Shown here: positions 40,601 to 52,741 of the stretch, in pieces
How the letters are laid out: each line of letters begins with the position of its first letter
How positions within the stretch are numbered: position 1 is the stretch's first letter
NCBI RefSeq assembly: GCF_003918875.1
Contig: NW_025767022.1
Location: 682,001 to 746,000 of the forward strand
Length of the DNA stretch: 64,000 nt
Source of the DNA: Haliotis rubra
Taxonomy: Eukaryota
Direction of reading: 5' to 3'
The notes under the pieces: model-generated
The model's input: the letters and a program-made list of their open reading frames with translations, nothing else
The model's database searches: none
What the model was told of the DNA's origin: nothing
Program-made: the position numbers and the translations under genes

Positions 40601-42722
40601 CACTAACTGGTCAGCGCTAGCATCAACCATGCAATCAGTACAGACGGGTATGTACAAAGGACGATGGCGCTCCTGAAAAGTCCCGAAATATATCAAGCAG
40701 GTAATTCCATGGCTTGTTTAAATTCCTATATCCTTTCTACAGTAATAATACTGTATAACCTTTTACAGAATGCAGTCTGGAAGTATATATAGAGATAAAG
40801 AGACGCATAGGGTCTTGCCAGTTTGATGGTAATAGGTAATCGACATTCGTTTATGTAAGCCTGACATCGGTGTCCTCAGAAGTCTCTGTCCGTGCTGATC
40901 AACGCCCTCTCCCTTCACACAAACAGGAATATGGTGTTTGTCAAGTCGAAAGTCAAACGTTCTTATAACGTAATGGTGTAGTTCTTTTCCCCTGATTTCG
41001 TTATGCAAACATATGACAGGACCAGGAGGGATAGAAGAGGGACCTGTAGCCCTAGAATTTGTGGCAGGCATTGCTAAAGTCGCTGTCTTGCCTCATCAAA
41101 AGAACGCCGCAGCACGTCTCGACAGTACATGAGTAGGCACCACGTCCAGATTGAGCAAAGCTTCATCCCTATGAGTCAATTTGTACATAATTGCAACTTG
41201 CCAGTCAGGAGTGCTCTCCAAACATTTTATAACCACTAGAAGACTTTTTTTGCTCCGCGAAGCTGCTGCTCTGGTGGAGTTAGAGATTGAAGGCAAGTGG
41301 ACGTATTGCATGGGGATTCGCCGCTACCTGGGAGGGGATGAGCTGTAATTCATTCACTTCCTATATATCATGAAGGGTTTTAATAAACCACTTAAAGGTA
41401 TTGACAATCTCATGCAAAAAAACAAACGGTGTTTATATAGAACTACAGGCACACAATTATAATGTCAGAGTTCGTGTAATATTAAATACTTGATATTTCA
41501 CACGGCAGCAGGGGAATGTAAAGGACAAACTAAGTGTGGTTAGTGCAGCATTATAGATGAGCAATAACTGGATGCCACTCCCAGCGTGTTATGTGGTGCC
41601 AACTGTCGTGTAACGTAAATCACACATAAAATACCTTTCTGGGTATTAACGTTACTGACATGCAAAACTTGTAAGAACACTGAACATTTTCCCAAAACCT
41701 TAGTGAATTCATGACAACCGAATAACGAAGTAAGCGATGCGGAAGGAATATGGCATGTTAGATTTAATCAGTCACCTATACACGGCCTTATATTGTCTGT
41801 TAGGAGCCGAATATAGAGCAACGGGCAAGGGGCTTATTGCATTTCAGGGACGTAATTCCCGCATCTTCAATCATGTAAGCAGGAGAGATGTCCTATCAGC
41901 CTCTCCATGCCAGGATGAAGCAATGCCAGGAACATGAAGACTCCCACTGACAAGGATGGAAGAGATCGTCATTTCTATCCATCATTATCACGTATGTCCA
42001 GACAGTATTATAGTGTTCGATGGAAAGAAAAGGGATGTTACAGCGACAGCTTCTTACACCGGGAGATGCATCACAGGACGTTCTGGTACTGCTGCAGATC
42101 AGCCGGCATCATACGCCGACAAAAGTGTATTTGAAGATGTTCTTCTTGATAGTATTATGAGTACAGATCTTTCAGGAGCACATCTTTTAAAGCTCCTGTC
42201 TTTTTCTTAAAAGATGTAACGTCTATTAGTTTTTGCTAGGATTGTTGATGGATTCCGTCGACTTTCTTTAGATGTGGGGTATTACGTAATAGACAGCATA
42301 TTTGTGCCCTCTGTAGACCGGGGCTTCCCGCCATCCTGGTCTGCCTTGCGTTGTTTTGTGTAAAGTTAAAATATTGATAAATCTAAAATTCTTTAGAGCT
42401 ATATAGCTACAATTATATTAATAATTTCCTTTTTTCAGTATCTGTTAACGAACATTTTATTGAACTTAACAAGCGAAGATTGATGCTGACAGAGCAAGGG
42501 GGACAACCTGGGCGAGAGTAGGGTTCGAAACCAATTGGCCAGGATCACCATGAACCTTTCAGCTATCACTGGTCGTATATACTACCGAAATTGGGAGCAT
42601 TATCAAAGAATATGATCGTCTTACAAAAACTGCCTCACTAACTCCATTTATAAAATATATTCCATTCACATGTTTCTGCTAAAGGTCCGCTAAATGTCAT
42701 CTAGTTGTCATCTAGATATCAT

Positions 42723-42904
42723 CACAAGTAACTACTGAGTCACTCTTGCCCCACAAGTAACTACTGAGTCACTCTTGCCCCACAAGTAACTACTGAGTCA
42801 CTCTTGCCCCACAAGTAACTACTGAGTCACTCTTGCCCCACAAGTAACTACTGAGTCACTCTTGCCCCACAAATGTTACTGAGTCACTTTTGCCCCACAA
42901 GTAA
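42723..42904. repeat. Minisatellite, 29-bp unit x6
   Basis: CACAAGTAACTACTGAGTCACTCTTGCCC; units start at 42723, 42752 and 42781. Confidence 0.95.
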
Positions 42905-45329
42905 TTCCAAATACAACCAAACACCTGTGTATTAACATGATACGACGAACGTGTTTCAAGTAAAGTAATTACATGTACCTTGAAACAGCAGCGACCTCCA
43001 TTTGTCACCGAGCCCTACAGACAGACACTCGCCAGACTCTCTGTTGTCAGGAACAATCGCGCTGGATGCCCATTCATTTAGCTGCTATGTTAGCTAAGTC
43101 AAACCTGGACTCACTTTCCTGTCAGCGAATCCCAGGATAGCATACTACATCATGCATATTGTTCCGGCAGATGGCGGGTAAACAAGGGATGGGCAGAAAT
43201 GGTATTTTAATTTCCCCGAATGTATAGGAAGGGTAGTTTACAAGGAAAACAAGCAAAAACTGTTGTGGAATACCAAGAAACATAACATCTAGGAAAACAT
43301 CACCGACGAGCGGTTCAGTCGGGTCATTGCATACAGTTATAATACATACATTAACAGCCTCTCGATAGACAATTGAGACTGGTGCCGGTTCTTATGACAA
43401 ATCCAGGCCTTCTGAAGTGCTATAACGGACTGACTGACACGACTGCTCAACCCGATATCAGCTCAGCGATTATTTTACAACATCATCGCAAGTACACCTG
43501 CCGAGGAACGCGGGGCATCTAGAATAACGGTATGTTTTGTACATGCCCTGACTGGCAACACAGCAAGGCGCCATCTGATGGTATGGGGACTTGGAAGTCT
43601 TAACGTCACTTGTTTTAGTGACAAACCTTCAATAGATATTTTTATTTCTGCTTTTTTAAATTTTATTTGAAGACGACCTAAAGACTGACCTGAGTAACAC
43701 GTAACACCAATGACATGAGTCTACTCACCGGCTGTGCCTCTGGGCTGGAGGTTGCACTGTCAGGACCCCTGTAGGATTGTTCTATGTTCTTCACACTCCC
43801 TCGTTAACCCCCGAGGTTATGTGTCTATATACCGTCCCCTCACTCAAATACCCTTGGATCATCTGTTTTTCTCTCCGGCCAGGCATAGGATAGAATAATT
43901 ATAGACAGCTCTCTCAGCAGTGGATCAAATTTCTCCTTCGAATTCCAAGTGAAGTTTTCAGGGCGTTCGGGCGCAACCCGAAACAGTGAAAGCATGCCAC
44001 GGGACCGAACTGCGAATATGAACTGGAGGCATGTCGGCTACTTCGCAGACAATTAAAGTTCTGAAGTGTCTTTCAGAGTTTCTCAGGTGTCAGGTAGCCA
44101 GCAACTTCCGGAAATGCCCGAGTACTTCCGAATGATTGTTTGTGATACACATGTGTCTGTCCTGACTAAGGAGGATGGGGACCCTTCAGATCAGAGGAGT
44201 CTATTGTCTCTGAAACATACACCACACCTTGCCGCAAGTTTCACATGTTTCTGTTCCAAACACAAGCCGCGTCGTTGTGATGACGCCTTCCTGGACACGA
44301 GGATAGGTCAGAGGTGTACTGCCCGAATGTGTCCACCGCTTCCTGACAAAATAAGACATAGTTATGAGTGAGTTACAGGTGTGGGCTTGAGAAGGAAAGT
44401 ACATGTGATACCTTTAGCTTAAACAATGATTTATTTGTTCCTTTGAGAGGCATTTTAGAAGTTGTGAAGATGAAGGAAAACTGATTTGTATGGGTACCAG
44501 GTGTGTCGTGAAAACAGGTGTTTTATAAGTGTATCATAACTTGTGCATCTTTGACAAAGCAATACTTTACATACATCACAACGTAGAGTCATTACCCAGC
44601 ATCCCTTGTGACACATCCCAACCAGCAGCTGATCCTTGGATGTGACGTTAAACAACTTCGCCACTGGACCCGTTACTCCAACACCCGGTGTTATTACTGT
44701 GTGATTACAGTGATTCCTGAGTGTCATTCTCTATCAACTGTCAGTTTGTATTTTGCACGTATACGTATCTCAGATGTACCGGGACACGTGTAATTGGCCA
44801 CTAAGGCATTGTACGATACAGACTAAATGGTGTACGCTTGATTTGTGTTCACTGCCAATAAATAGAGACTAAACAGGCAGAGGTAACGAGGATACATATA
44901 TACCCAATTAATCATAGCACTGACCACGACAGCAGATACAGATATTATCTCGTGCCAGCCTTAACTATTGGCTACAGCTGTGCCAGGAACTATCCCTCAA
45001 GAGTTATAGTGAACAGATGCCTACAGCACGGACCGTGTTCAAGGTCATTTATATTCAACATCATATGTGTACAGGGCCACAAACAAGAACGCCATCCAAA
45101 CTTCGTTATCAAGTAGCATTAAGTTATCTTTTACTGAACCTAAAAGTTGTGTTGATGTAAACATACGACATAAGTTGTAATCATTTTAATATGCAGAGAA
45201 GCAATAACACACTCGACGAATCATAAAAGTTAAATTGCAACATTCCTTTTGGGTTGTATAAATAGAACCAATTGCATGGATGGTGAACACCCGAAGTAGA
45301 ATGTACATTTTACTTCAGTTGGTTATCTA

Positions 45330-45972
45330 ACACAGTGTATGGCTACACGACACCTACGTATATATCACAGTGTCACGGAATACTACACATACGTATATAT
45401 CACAGTGTCACGGTATACTATACCTACGTATATATCACAGTGTCACGGGATACTATACCTACGTATATATCACAGTGTCACGGAATACTACACCTGCGTA
45501 TATATCACAGTGTCACTGTATACTATACCGACGTATATATCACAGTGTCACGGAATACTACACTTACGTATATATCACAGTGTCATGGTATACTATACCT
45601 ACGTATATATAACAGTGTCACTGTATACTATACTATACGATACTATACCTACGTATATATAACAGTGTCACAGAATACTACACCTGCGTATATACCACAG
45701 TGTCACTGTATACTATACCGACGTATATATCACAGTGTCACGGAATACTATACCTACGTATATATACCTACAGTGTCATGGTATACTATACCGACGTATA
45801 TATCACAGTGTCACTGTATACTATACCTACGTATATATCACAGTGTCACTGTATACTATACCGACGTATATATCACAGTGTCACGGAATACTATACCGAC
45901 GTATATATCACAGTGTAACGGTATACTATACCGACGTATATATCACAGTGTCACGGTATACTATACCGACGT
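45330..45972. repeat. Minisatellite, 35-bp unit, left part (~18 copies)
   Basis: ATATATCACAGTGTCACGGTATACTATACCKACGT; 35-aa periodicity in the ORF track. Confidence 0.95.
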
Positions 45973-46720
45973 TACCCACGTGGTCAACGTATGGGTAGTT
46001 GCATACTAATCTCGTACGTCACACGAGTGTCGTATCGCGTTGACCTGTGTCGTAACGACTTGACCTGAGATTCTAACGATTTGATTGGATAACCGATGAC
46101 CTCTCAATTAGGTCACATTCTGACGTAACTATTTTTTCATTCATACCAAACACGTGAATTCATTCATTCTACAACTTAAATGCATTGTGGGAATGTAAAC
46201 ATCGCGAACGTTGCTGTGTCGCTGTTTAATTGTGAGTCGAACAGAGACATTATATCCGTCGAAAAACGTAAACGCAATGTTTCCACTAGTGATGTTAGCC
46301 GAATGAAGCAACTGCAAACATAGAAACGGGGTGCTACGGAGTAGTTTACTGTAAAAGGCTGTACGAGGCGATGACAACTGACATGCATCGTGACGTCGGT
46401 TACCAAGGCAGTGACGTCATTACATTGTGACGTCATGCAAATATTGGACTACAGTACAAAACTCTTCCGCAACCTCTTTATGAAACCGTTTTCGGTTTGA
46501 AACCAAAATATTAACAAAAATACGCTATTTTGTCAATTTAATGCATGTAAGACGTGGTTAATAAATAAAATACCACACTCGGTCTCATTACATACGAATT
46601 ATACGAAACTCGTGACCTTTCTATGTTATCTGACCTCGCTTTCGCTCGGTCAGATACCATAGGAAGGACACTCGTTTCGTATAATTCGTATGTAATGAGA
46701 CCTCGTGTAGTATTCTCTAT
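45973..46720. mobile_element. 748-bp non-autonomous insertion without TIRs or TSD, with a long subterminal hairpin (Crypton- or Helitron-like; class uncertain)
   Basis: Interrupts the 35-bp array in register (...ATACCGACGT | insert | ATATATCACAG...). Small hairpin at the left end (TACCCACGT...ACGTATGGGTA). Hairpin with 71-bp arms at 46569-46714. Confidence 0.8.
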
Positions 46721-46932
46721 ATATATCACAGTGTCACTGTATACTATAGCGTCGTATATATCACAGTGTCACGGAAAAATATACCGACGTATATATCACA
46801 GTGTCACGGTATACTATACCGACGTATATATCACAGTGTCACGGTATACTACACATACGTATATATCGCAGTGTCACGGTATATAATACATACTTTTATA
46901 TCACAGTGTCGGGATACAATATACCTACGTAT
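46721..46932. repeat. Minisatellite, 35-bp unit, right part (~6 copies, decaying)
   Basis: The unit of 45330-45972 resumes after the insertion. Confidence 0.9.
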
Positions 46933-48983
46933 CTAAGGCTGTGTCAGGGTACACTGTACATCCGTATCTAACACATTGCCTGGGTACACTGTACAGTCGT
47001 ATCTTACACAGGATTATCACTAGCGGTATTCAGGTCCGAGGTCATGCCGATTCTCTCCCTACATGTGTCAGTCTCCGCCAGAGGGCAGGCCACTTAAGTG
47101 TGGAGGTCAAGTTTTGCTATCGAGGGTTCAACGTTATTGATTGCTAACGAGGTGTGGCCATAAACCGCGAGACTTGCGTTTCAAGTATTAATGCTGTCTC
47201 TAACGAGACGGAACCAGTTTTAAGCGTTTTCCTGACTACTAGAGCAAATATTTGGCCGACGTGAAGTGAAAACTTGTTATTGGTAAGACATTTTGACGAG
47301 AGTATTGAATGTATTTATATCTCTCAAGATGACAAATTTGTGGCAATTAGTTGGGTTTGTTCTTCAAATAACTCAACGCCTTTCCTTGTCTTGGAATCGA
47401 TATATTTGAGGTGATTGCGGCGTGATGGTGGGTTTGTCGTACGGGAAATGTGTTGTTTTGATCTTATCTTAACAACATAACCTGCCTTTACACAGGGAAT
47501 GTTCTTATTTTAACTTCCAGAAGTTTAAAGTATCTTGTAAGTGAGTTCTGATTGCGGTCATGAAGAAATCTGCTGAATGTTTATCACTTCACGCTATCGG
47601 CCAAGAAATATAGCGCACTCCCAGCACAAGTATCAGTCTAAATAAGATATGATGGATTACTCTAAGAATAGATCTTCCATAAAACTCGCATGACTCACAT
47701 GGATAACCAGCTCCACTGCATCGCATGCTACGTTCGCCACACAATCTCCGTACAGGCTGTTTGATCATGAGTGAATGAGTTATCGTTAAGAGGAGCTTGG
47801 GAAAAAATCATGTACATGTGCACATAAAATGTTATGCAGCGATTCCTGACCAACCCAAGCGTGTAAACGCAAAATTGAAAACCTAATGAAATGTAGTACC
47901 TATGACCATGTGCTTATTTACAAACACAGCATTAGCTGAGACGAACAGTTTCTTTAACAATGCACCTGCCATGCATGGCTGAGCTGAACACAAGCCTTCA
48001 TCATAAACCTTTGAGACCTCTCAGGTTTTATAAATTCAGGTTTTGACAATTTAGAGTACATGATACATTTGACAATTCACATTTGCAAGGCACATTGACG
48101 GGAACGTTGCAAGATGCCGAGATGTATGTGTCTCTTTGTTCCAGTATCAGAGATGGACCAGCAACTCCAGGTACCAGGACGTGGCGAGTAAAATGGGGTG
48201 TGCCAATCTTTAGCCAATTTCCTCAACATTACTTCTTATGTCTTCTATAGGGGCGACTTTGTATGATAGAGTGTCACAGTCATCCTATTCCTTATTACTT
48301 GAAAATCACTTAGTACCAGAAGCAACTGATCAACAATATGTTTACTGTATCCCAGCGTGACACCTTACTGTACCAGAAAGTGATGCTGAACCAACCCGTT
48401 GGACACTTTGGTAAAATCAGGATGGCAAACCGAAACCTTCATTTAGAAGGCTACAAGATTCTGACACGGTTAAGGAGCGCGACCCCACAATAGTGTGTCA
48501 GTCAGGAAGTCAACAGGTTTTCCTACAGCTATCGCTATCCTGCTATAGCTACTGTTTCTTTTCTTTTTACTTCTTGTCTTGCAACTACTCACACGAATGA
48601 TAATCACCCCCATCCGACTGAATCTAACACGTCTACTGTGAGTGTGCACTCAGCAATAGTCGATGGCCAAAAGGTGTCAAAGTTGATCTGATTAAGACCG
48701 CAGTGCTGTATTGGCAGAGAGCAGGTTAGACCGGATAACCAAGGCTGAACTTAGGTGTCCAAAGCTGTTTGAAGTTGCAGTGACAAAAAGATTGCGTAAA
48801 GGACTCTGGCAGATATATCGGCCCACAGATAATGAATTGTCTGTCTACTGCATCCAGACACGCATGCACCTTCCGCAACCGCTTGCCGGCGTAGCGCATC
48901 TCATACAACCTAACGTTTGATGGAGACAGGATTTGGAATCTGTTGTACTTTCCTGACAACATCCGACATACATGTAAAAGCCT

Positions 48984-51345
48984 TAAAGTGTACAACGGGT
49001 CAGGGTTTATGGTCTTTTTTCAAGTGTACAGCGGGTCATGGTTTATTGTCTCCCTTCAAGTGTACAGCGGGTCATGGTTTGTTGTCTCCCTTCAAGTGTA
49101 CAACGGGTCATGGTTTGTTGTCTTCCTTCAAGTGTACAGCGGGTCATGGTTTATTGTCTTCCTTCAAGTGTACAGCGGGTCATGGTTTATTGTCTTCCTT
49201 CAAGTGTACAGCGGGTCATGGTTTGTTGTCTTCCTTCAAGTGTACAGCGGGTCATGGTTTGTTGTCTCCCTTCAAGTGTACAGCGGGTCATGGTTTATTG
49301 TCTTCCTTCAAGTGTACAGCGGGTCATGGTTTGTTGTCTTCCTTCAAGTGTACAACGGGTCATGGTTTGTTGTCTCCCTTCAAGTGTACAACGGGTCATG
49401 GTTTGGTTGTTGTCTTCCTTCAAGTGGTTTACAGCGGCGGTCATGGTTTATTGTCTTCCTTCAAGTGTACAGCGGGTCATGGTTTGTTGTCTCCCTTCAA
49501 GTGTACAACGGGTCATGGTTTGTTGTCTTCCTTCAAGTGTACAGCGGGTCATGGTTTATTGTCTTCCTTCAAGTGTACAGCGGGTCATGGTTTGTTGTCT
49601 TTCTTCAAGTGTACAACGGGTCATGGTTTGTTGTCTTCGTTCAAGTACAACGGGTCATGGTTTGTTGTCTCCCTTCAAGTGTACAGCGGGTCATGGTTTA
49701 TTGTCTTCCTTCAAGTGTACAGCGGGTCATGGTTTGTTGTCTTCCTTCAAGTGTACAACGGGTCATGGTTTGTTGTCTTCCTTCAAGTGTACAGCGGGTC
49801 ATGGTTTGTTGTCTCCCTTCAAGTGTACAGCGGGTCATGGTTTATTGTCTTCCTTCAAGTGTACAGCGGGTCATGGTTTGTTGTCTTCCTTCAAGTGTAC
49901 AACGGGTCATGGTTTGTTGTCTCCCTTCAAGTGTACAACGGGTCATGGTTTGTTGTCTTCCTTCAAGTGTACAGCGGGTCATGGTTTATTGTCTTCCTTC
50001 AAGTGTACAGCGGGTCATGGTTTGTTGTCTCCCTTCTTCAAGTGTACAGCGGGTCATGGTTTGTTGTCTTCCTTCAAGTGTACAGCGGGTCATGGTTTAT
50101 TGTCTTCCTTCAAGTGTACAGCGGGTCATGGTTTGTTGTCTTTCTTCAAGTGTACAACGGGTCATGGTTTGTTGTCTTCCTTCAAGTGTACAACGGGTCA
50201 TGGTTTGTTGTCTCCCTTCAAGTGTACAGCGGGTCATGGTTTATTGTCTTCCTTCAAGTGTACAGCGGGTCATGGTTTGTTGTCTTCCTTCAAGTGTACA
50301 ACGGGTCATGGTTTGTTGTCTCCCTTCAAGTGTACAACGGGTCATGGTTTATTGTCTTCATTCAAGTGTACAGCGGGTCATGGTTTGTTGTCTTCCTTCA
50401 AGTGTACAACGGGTCATGGTTTGTTGTCTTCGTTCAAGTGTACAACGGGTCATGGTTTGTTGTCTCCCTTCAAGTGTACAGCGGGTCATGGTTTATTGTC
50501 TTCCTTCAAGTGTACAGCGGGTCATGGTTTGTTGTCTTCCTTCAAGTGTACAGCGGGTCATGGTTTGTTGTCTTCCTTCAAGTGTACAACGGGTCATGGT
50601 TTGTTGTCTTCCTTCAAGTGTACAACGGGTCATGGTTTGTTGTCTCCCTTCAAGTGTACAGCGGGTCATGGTTTATTGTCTTCCTTCAAGTGTACAACGG
50701 GTCATGGTTTGTTGTCTCCCTTCAAGTGTACAGCGGGTCATGGTTTGTTGTCTTCCTTCAAGTGTACAGCGGGTCATGGTTTGTTGTCTTCCTTCAAGTG
50801 TACAACGGGTCATGGTTTGTTGTCTCCCTTCAAGTGTACAACGGGTCATGGTTTATTGTCTTCCTTCAAGTGTACAGCGGGTCATGGTTTGTTGTCTTCC
50901 TTCAAGTGTACAACGGGTCATGGTTTGCTGTCTCCCTTCAAGTGTACAGCGGGTCATGGTTTGTTGTCTTCCTTCAAGTGTACAACGGGTCATGGTTTGT
51001 TGTCTTCCTTCAAGTGTACAGCGGGTCATGGTTTGTTTGTCTCCCTTCAAGTGTACAGCGGGTCATGGTTTGTTGTCTCCCTTCAAGTGTACAGCGGGTC
51101 ATGGTTTGTTGTCTTCCTTCAAGTGTACAGCGGGTCATGGTTTGTTGTCTTCCTTCAAGTGTACAGCGGGTCATGGTTTGTTGTCTCCCTTCAAGTGTAC
51201 AGCGGGTCATGGTTTGTTGTCTTCCTTCAAGTGTACAGCGGGTCATGGTTTGTTGTCTCCCTTCAAGTGTACAACGGGTCATGGTTTGTTGTCTTCCTTC
51301 AAGTGCACAACGAGTGAGGGTTTGTTGTCTTCCTTGAGGTGTACA
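48984..51345. repeat. Minisatellite, 36-bp unit, ~65 copies
   Basis: TCAAGTGTACARCGGGTCATGGTTTRTTGTCTYCCT; gives 12-aa repeats in all three + frames. Confidence 0.97.
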
Positions 51346-51369
51346 GATGTGTAGAGGCACATAACGCTG

Positions 51370-51512
51370 TTGGTCCAGCACCTAGTGGCGTCCGCTCGTC
51401 ACGCAGAAGGCCCAGGTTCGTTGTACCCGGGTACAATGTGTGAAGCTCATTTCTGGTATCCCCCGTCGTGATGTTGCTGGAGCAAAGCGGCGTATGACAA
51501 TACTCACTTACA
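51370..51512 (+). mobile_element. Degenerate short tRNA-derived SINE
   Basis: A-box-like CCTAGTGG, B-box-like GGTTCG (51415-51420), body GGGTACAATGTGTGAAGC.CATTTCTGG, tail TTGCTGGA...AAAGCGGCGTA...ACTCACTTAC. Confidence 0.7.
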
Positions 51513-52437
51513 CATTGTTTTAATAATTTTAATCTGCAGGCCTACCATACAAACGGTGAACAAATCATCAAAACTGAACTCATATACACCAAAACAGAAC
51601 AAAAATTACCAAAATAGGAACATAAAGCTCCAAAACTACAAGAATGTCCTCTAAAACCGAAAACAATACATCTGGAATGGAAGACTAATCGTTTGAAATG
51701 GAAACAAAACTCGCGTATCAGCTATAAGAGCGCGCGAGAACGGTCGCCGAGCGTACAAAACGCCATTCATAGCATCCCAACACGGCAGGCATAGCATCCC
51801 GAAACGGCATACAAATCGTCAAAGACGGCGGTGGGGCGAGACGAATAGGCTTTGGTACATAATGTTTTTCGTCACTATGAGTCTAATCTTGAAAATTTGA
51901 TATCAGGATGTAGCGCATCAACCCCCTATTGTAGTAAGCTTCAAACCTATGTCCATACTTCTCAGTGTCAGGCTTGCAGTTCTGCACAATGTGGTCCCTC
52001 GTTCGACCGAATAGGATTTCTTGTCAACGTGTCGTGCTACTGTTTCTCTTCCGTTTTGTAAATAAAGTATTCATAGCATCACATTCAACATTAATATATT
52101 TTAGTGATCTAAAATGTTTGCAAAACCTTTGTTCATTCTCCGTGAATTGCATATCTAAGTGATCATTTTTACTTTGACTTCCTAAGCTGCCTTTTTTAAT
52201 TTCTCAAGCTTGTATTCACAGATTCCTGAGAGAGACGTGTCAGTCCTCTCGTCACCTGTGTCCTCAGACTTATTCTCCTTAGTTTGTATGTTTGTATGCC
52301 ACCGCTTCACACTGTACGTATGGTCATGTTCTCAGATGAAGATCTTCTAGTTTCATCTTACTTTTATGAAGTCATTAAGTGAATATATTTCTTTCAGATA
52401 TCTCTGTGATACCGAACCTTCCTAAAAAACTCAAACG

Positions 52438-52551
52438 TTTGAGTGTATGCCATGTAAGAAGTTCAAAAATCGGGTAACATTGCGTTCTCAACAGAGAAGG
52501 AAACATGAACTTGCTTATAATTTCAACTGTGAATTGTGTCTCAGGAAGATT
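52438..52551 (+). pseudogene. Decayed tandem C2H2 zinc-finger coding fragment inside the foldback element
   Basis: FECMPCKKFKNRVTLRSQQRRKH-ELAYN-FNCELCLRK fits F-x-C-x2-C...F-x5-L-x2-(H>Q)-x4-H plus the start of a second finger. Preceded by the acceptor-like TTTCTTTCAG ending at 52397. Confidence 0.55.
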
Positions 52552-52741
52552 TTATCATTCTGCAATTTTTATCTTTTCCATGTACTTCAAACTATTCCAT
52601 GCAATCCCAAACATGCTACATCATTTAACAAAAAATAAACTTAACTTGAGGTACAAACATGCGTCCGTCTTTGTTCTTGTAAGTCTCAAGAAGTCGCCTC
52701 CTGTGGACTTGAAACAGAAATCCCTGCCCTAATCAGTGGAT

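Noticed and set aside
45335-46009. Tyr-rich 224-aa ORF resembling a shell-matrix protein
   Set aside because: Translation of the 35-bp array cycling through all frames; the array is interrupted by an insertion.
48917-51354. 759-806-aa ORFs as real genes
   Set aside because: They are translations of a 36-bp tandem repeat, with the peptide motifs swapping between frames at indels.
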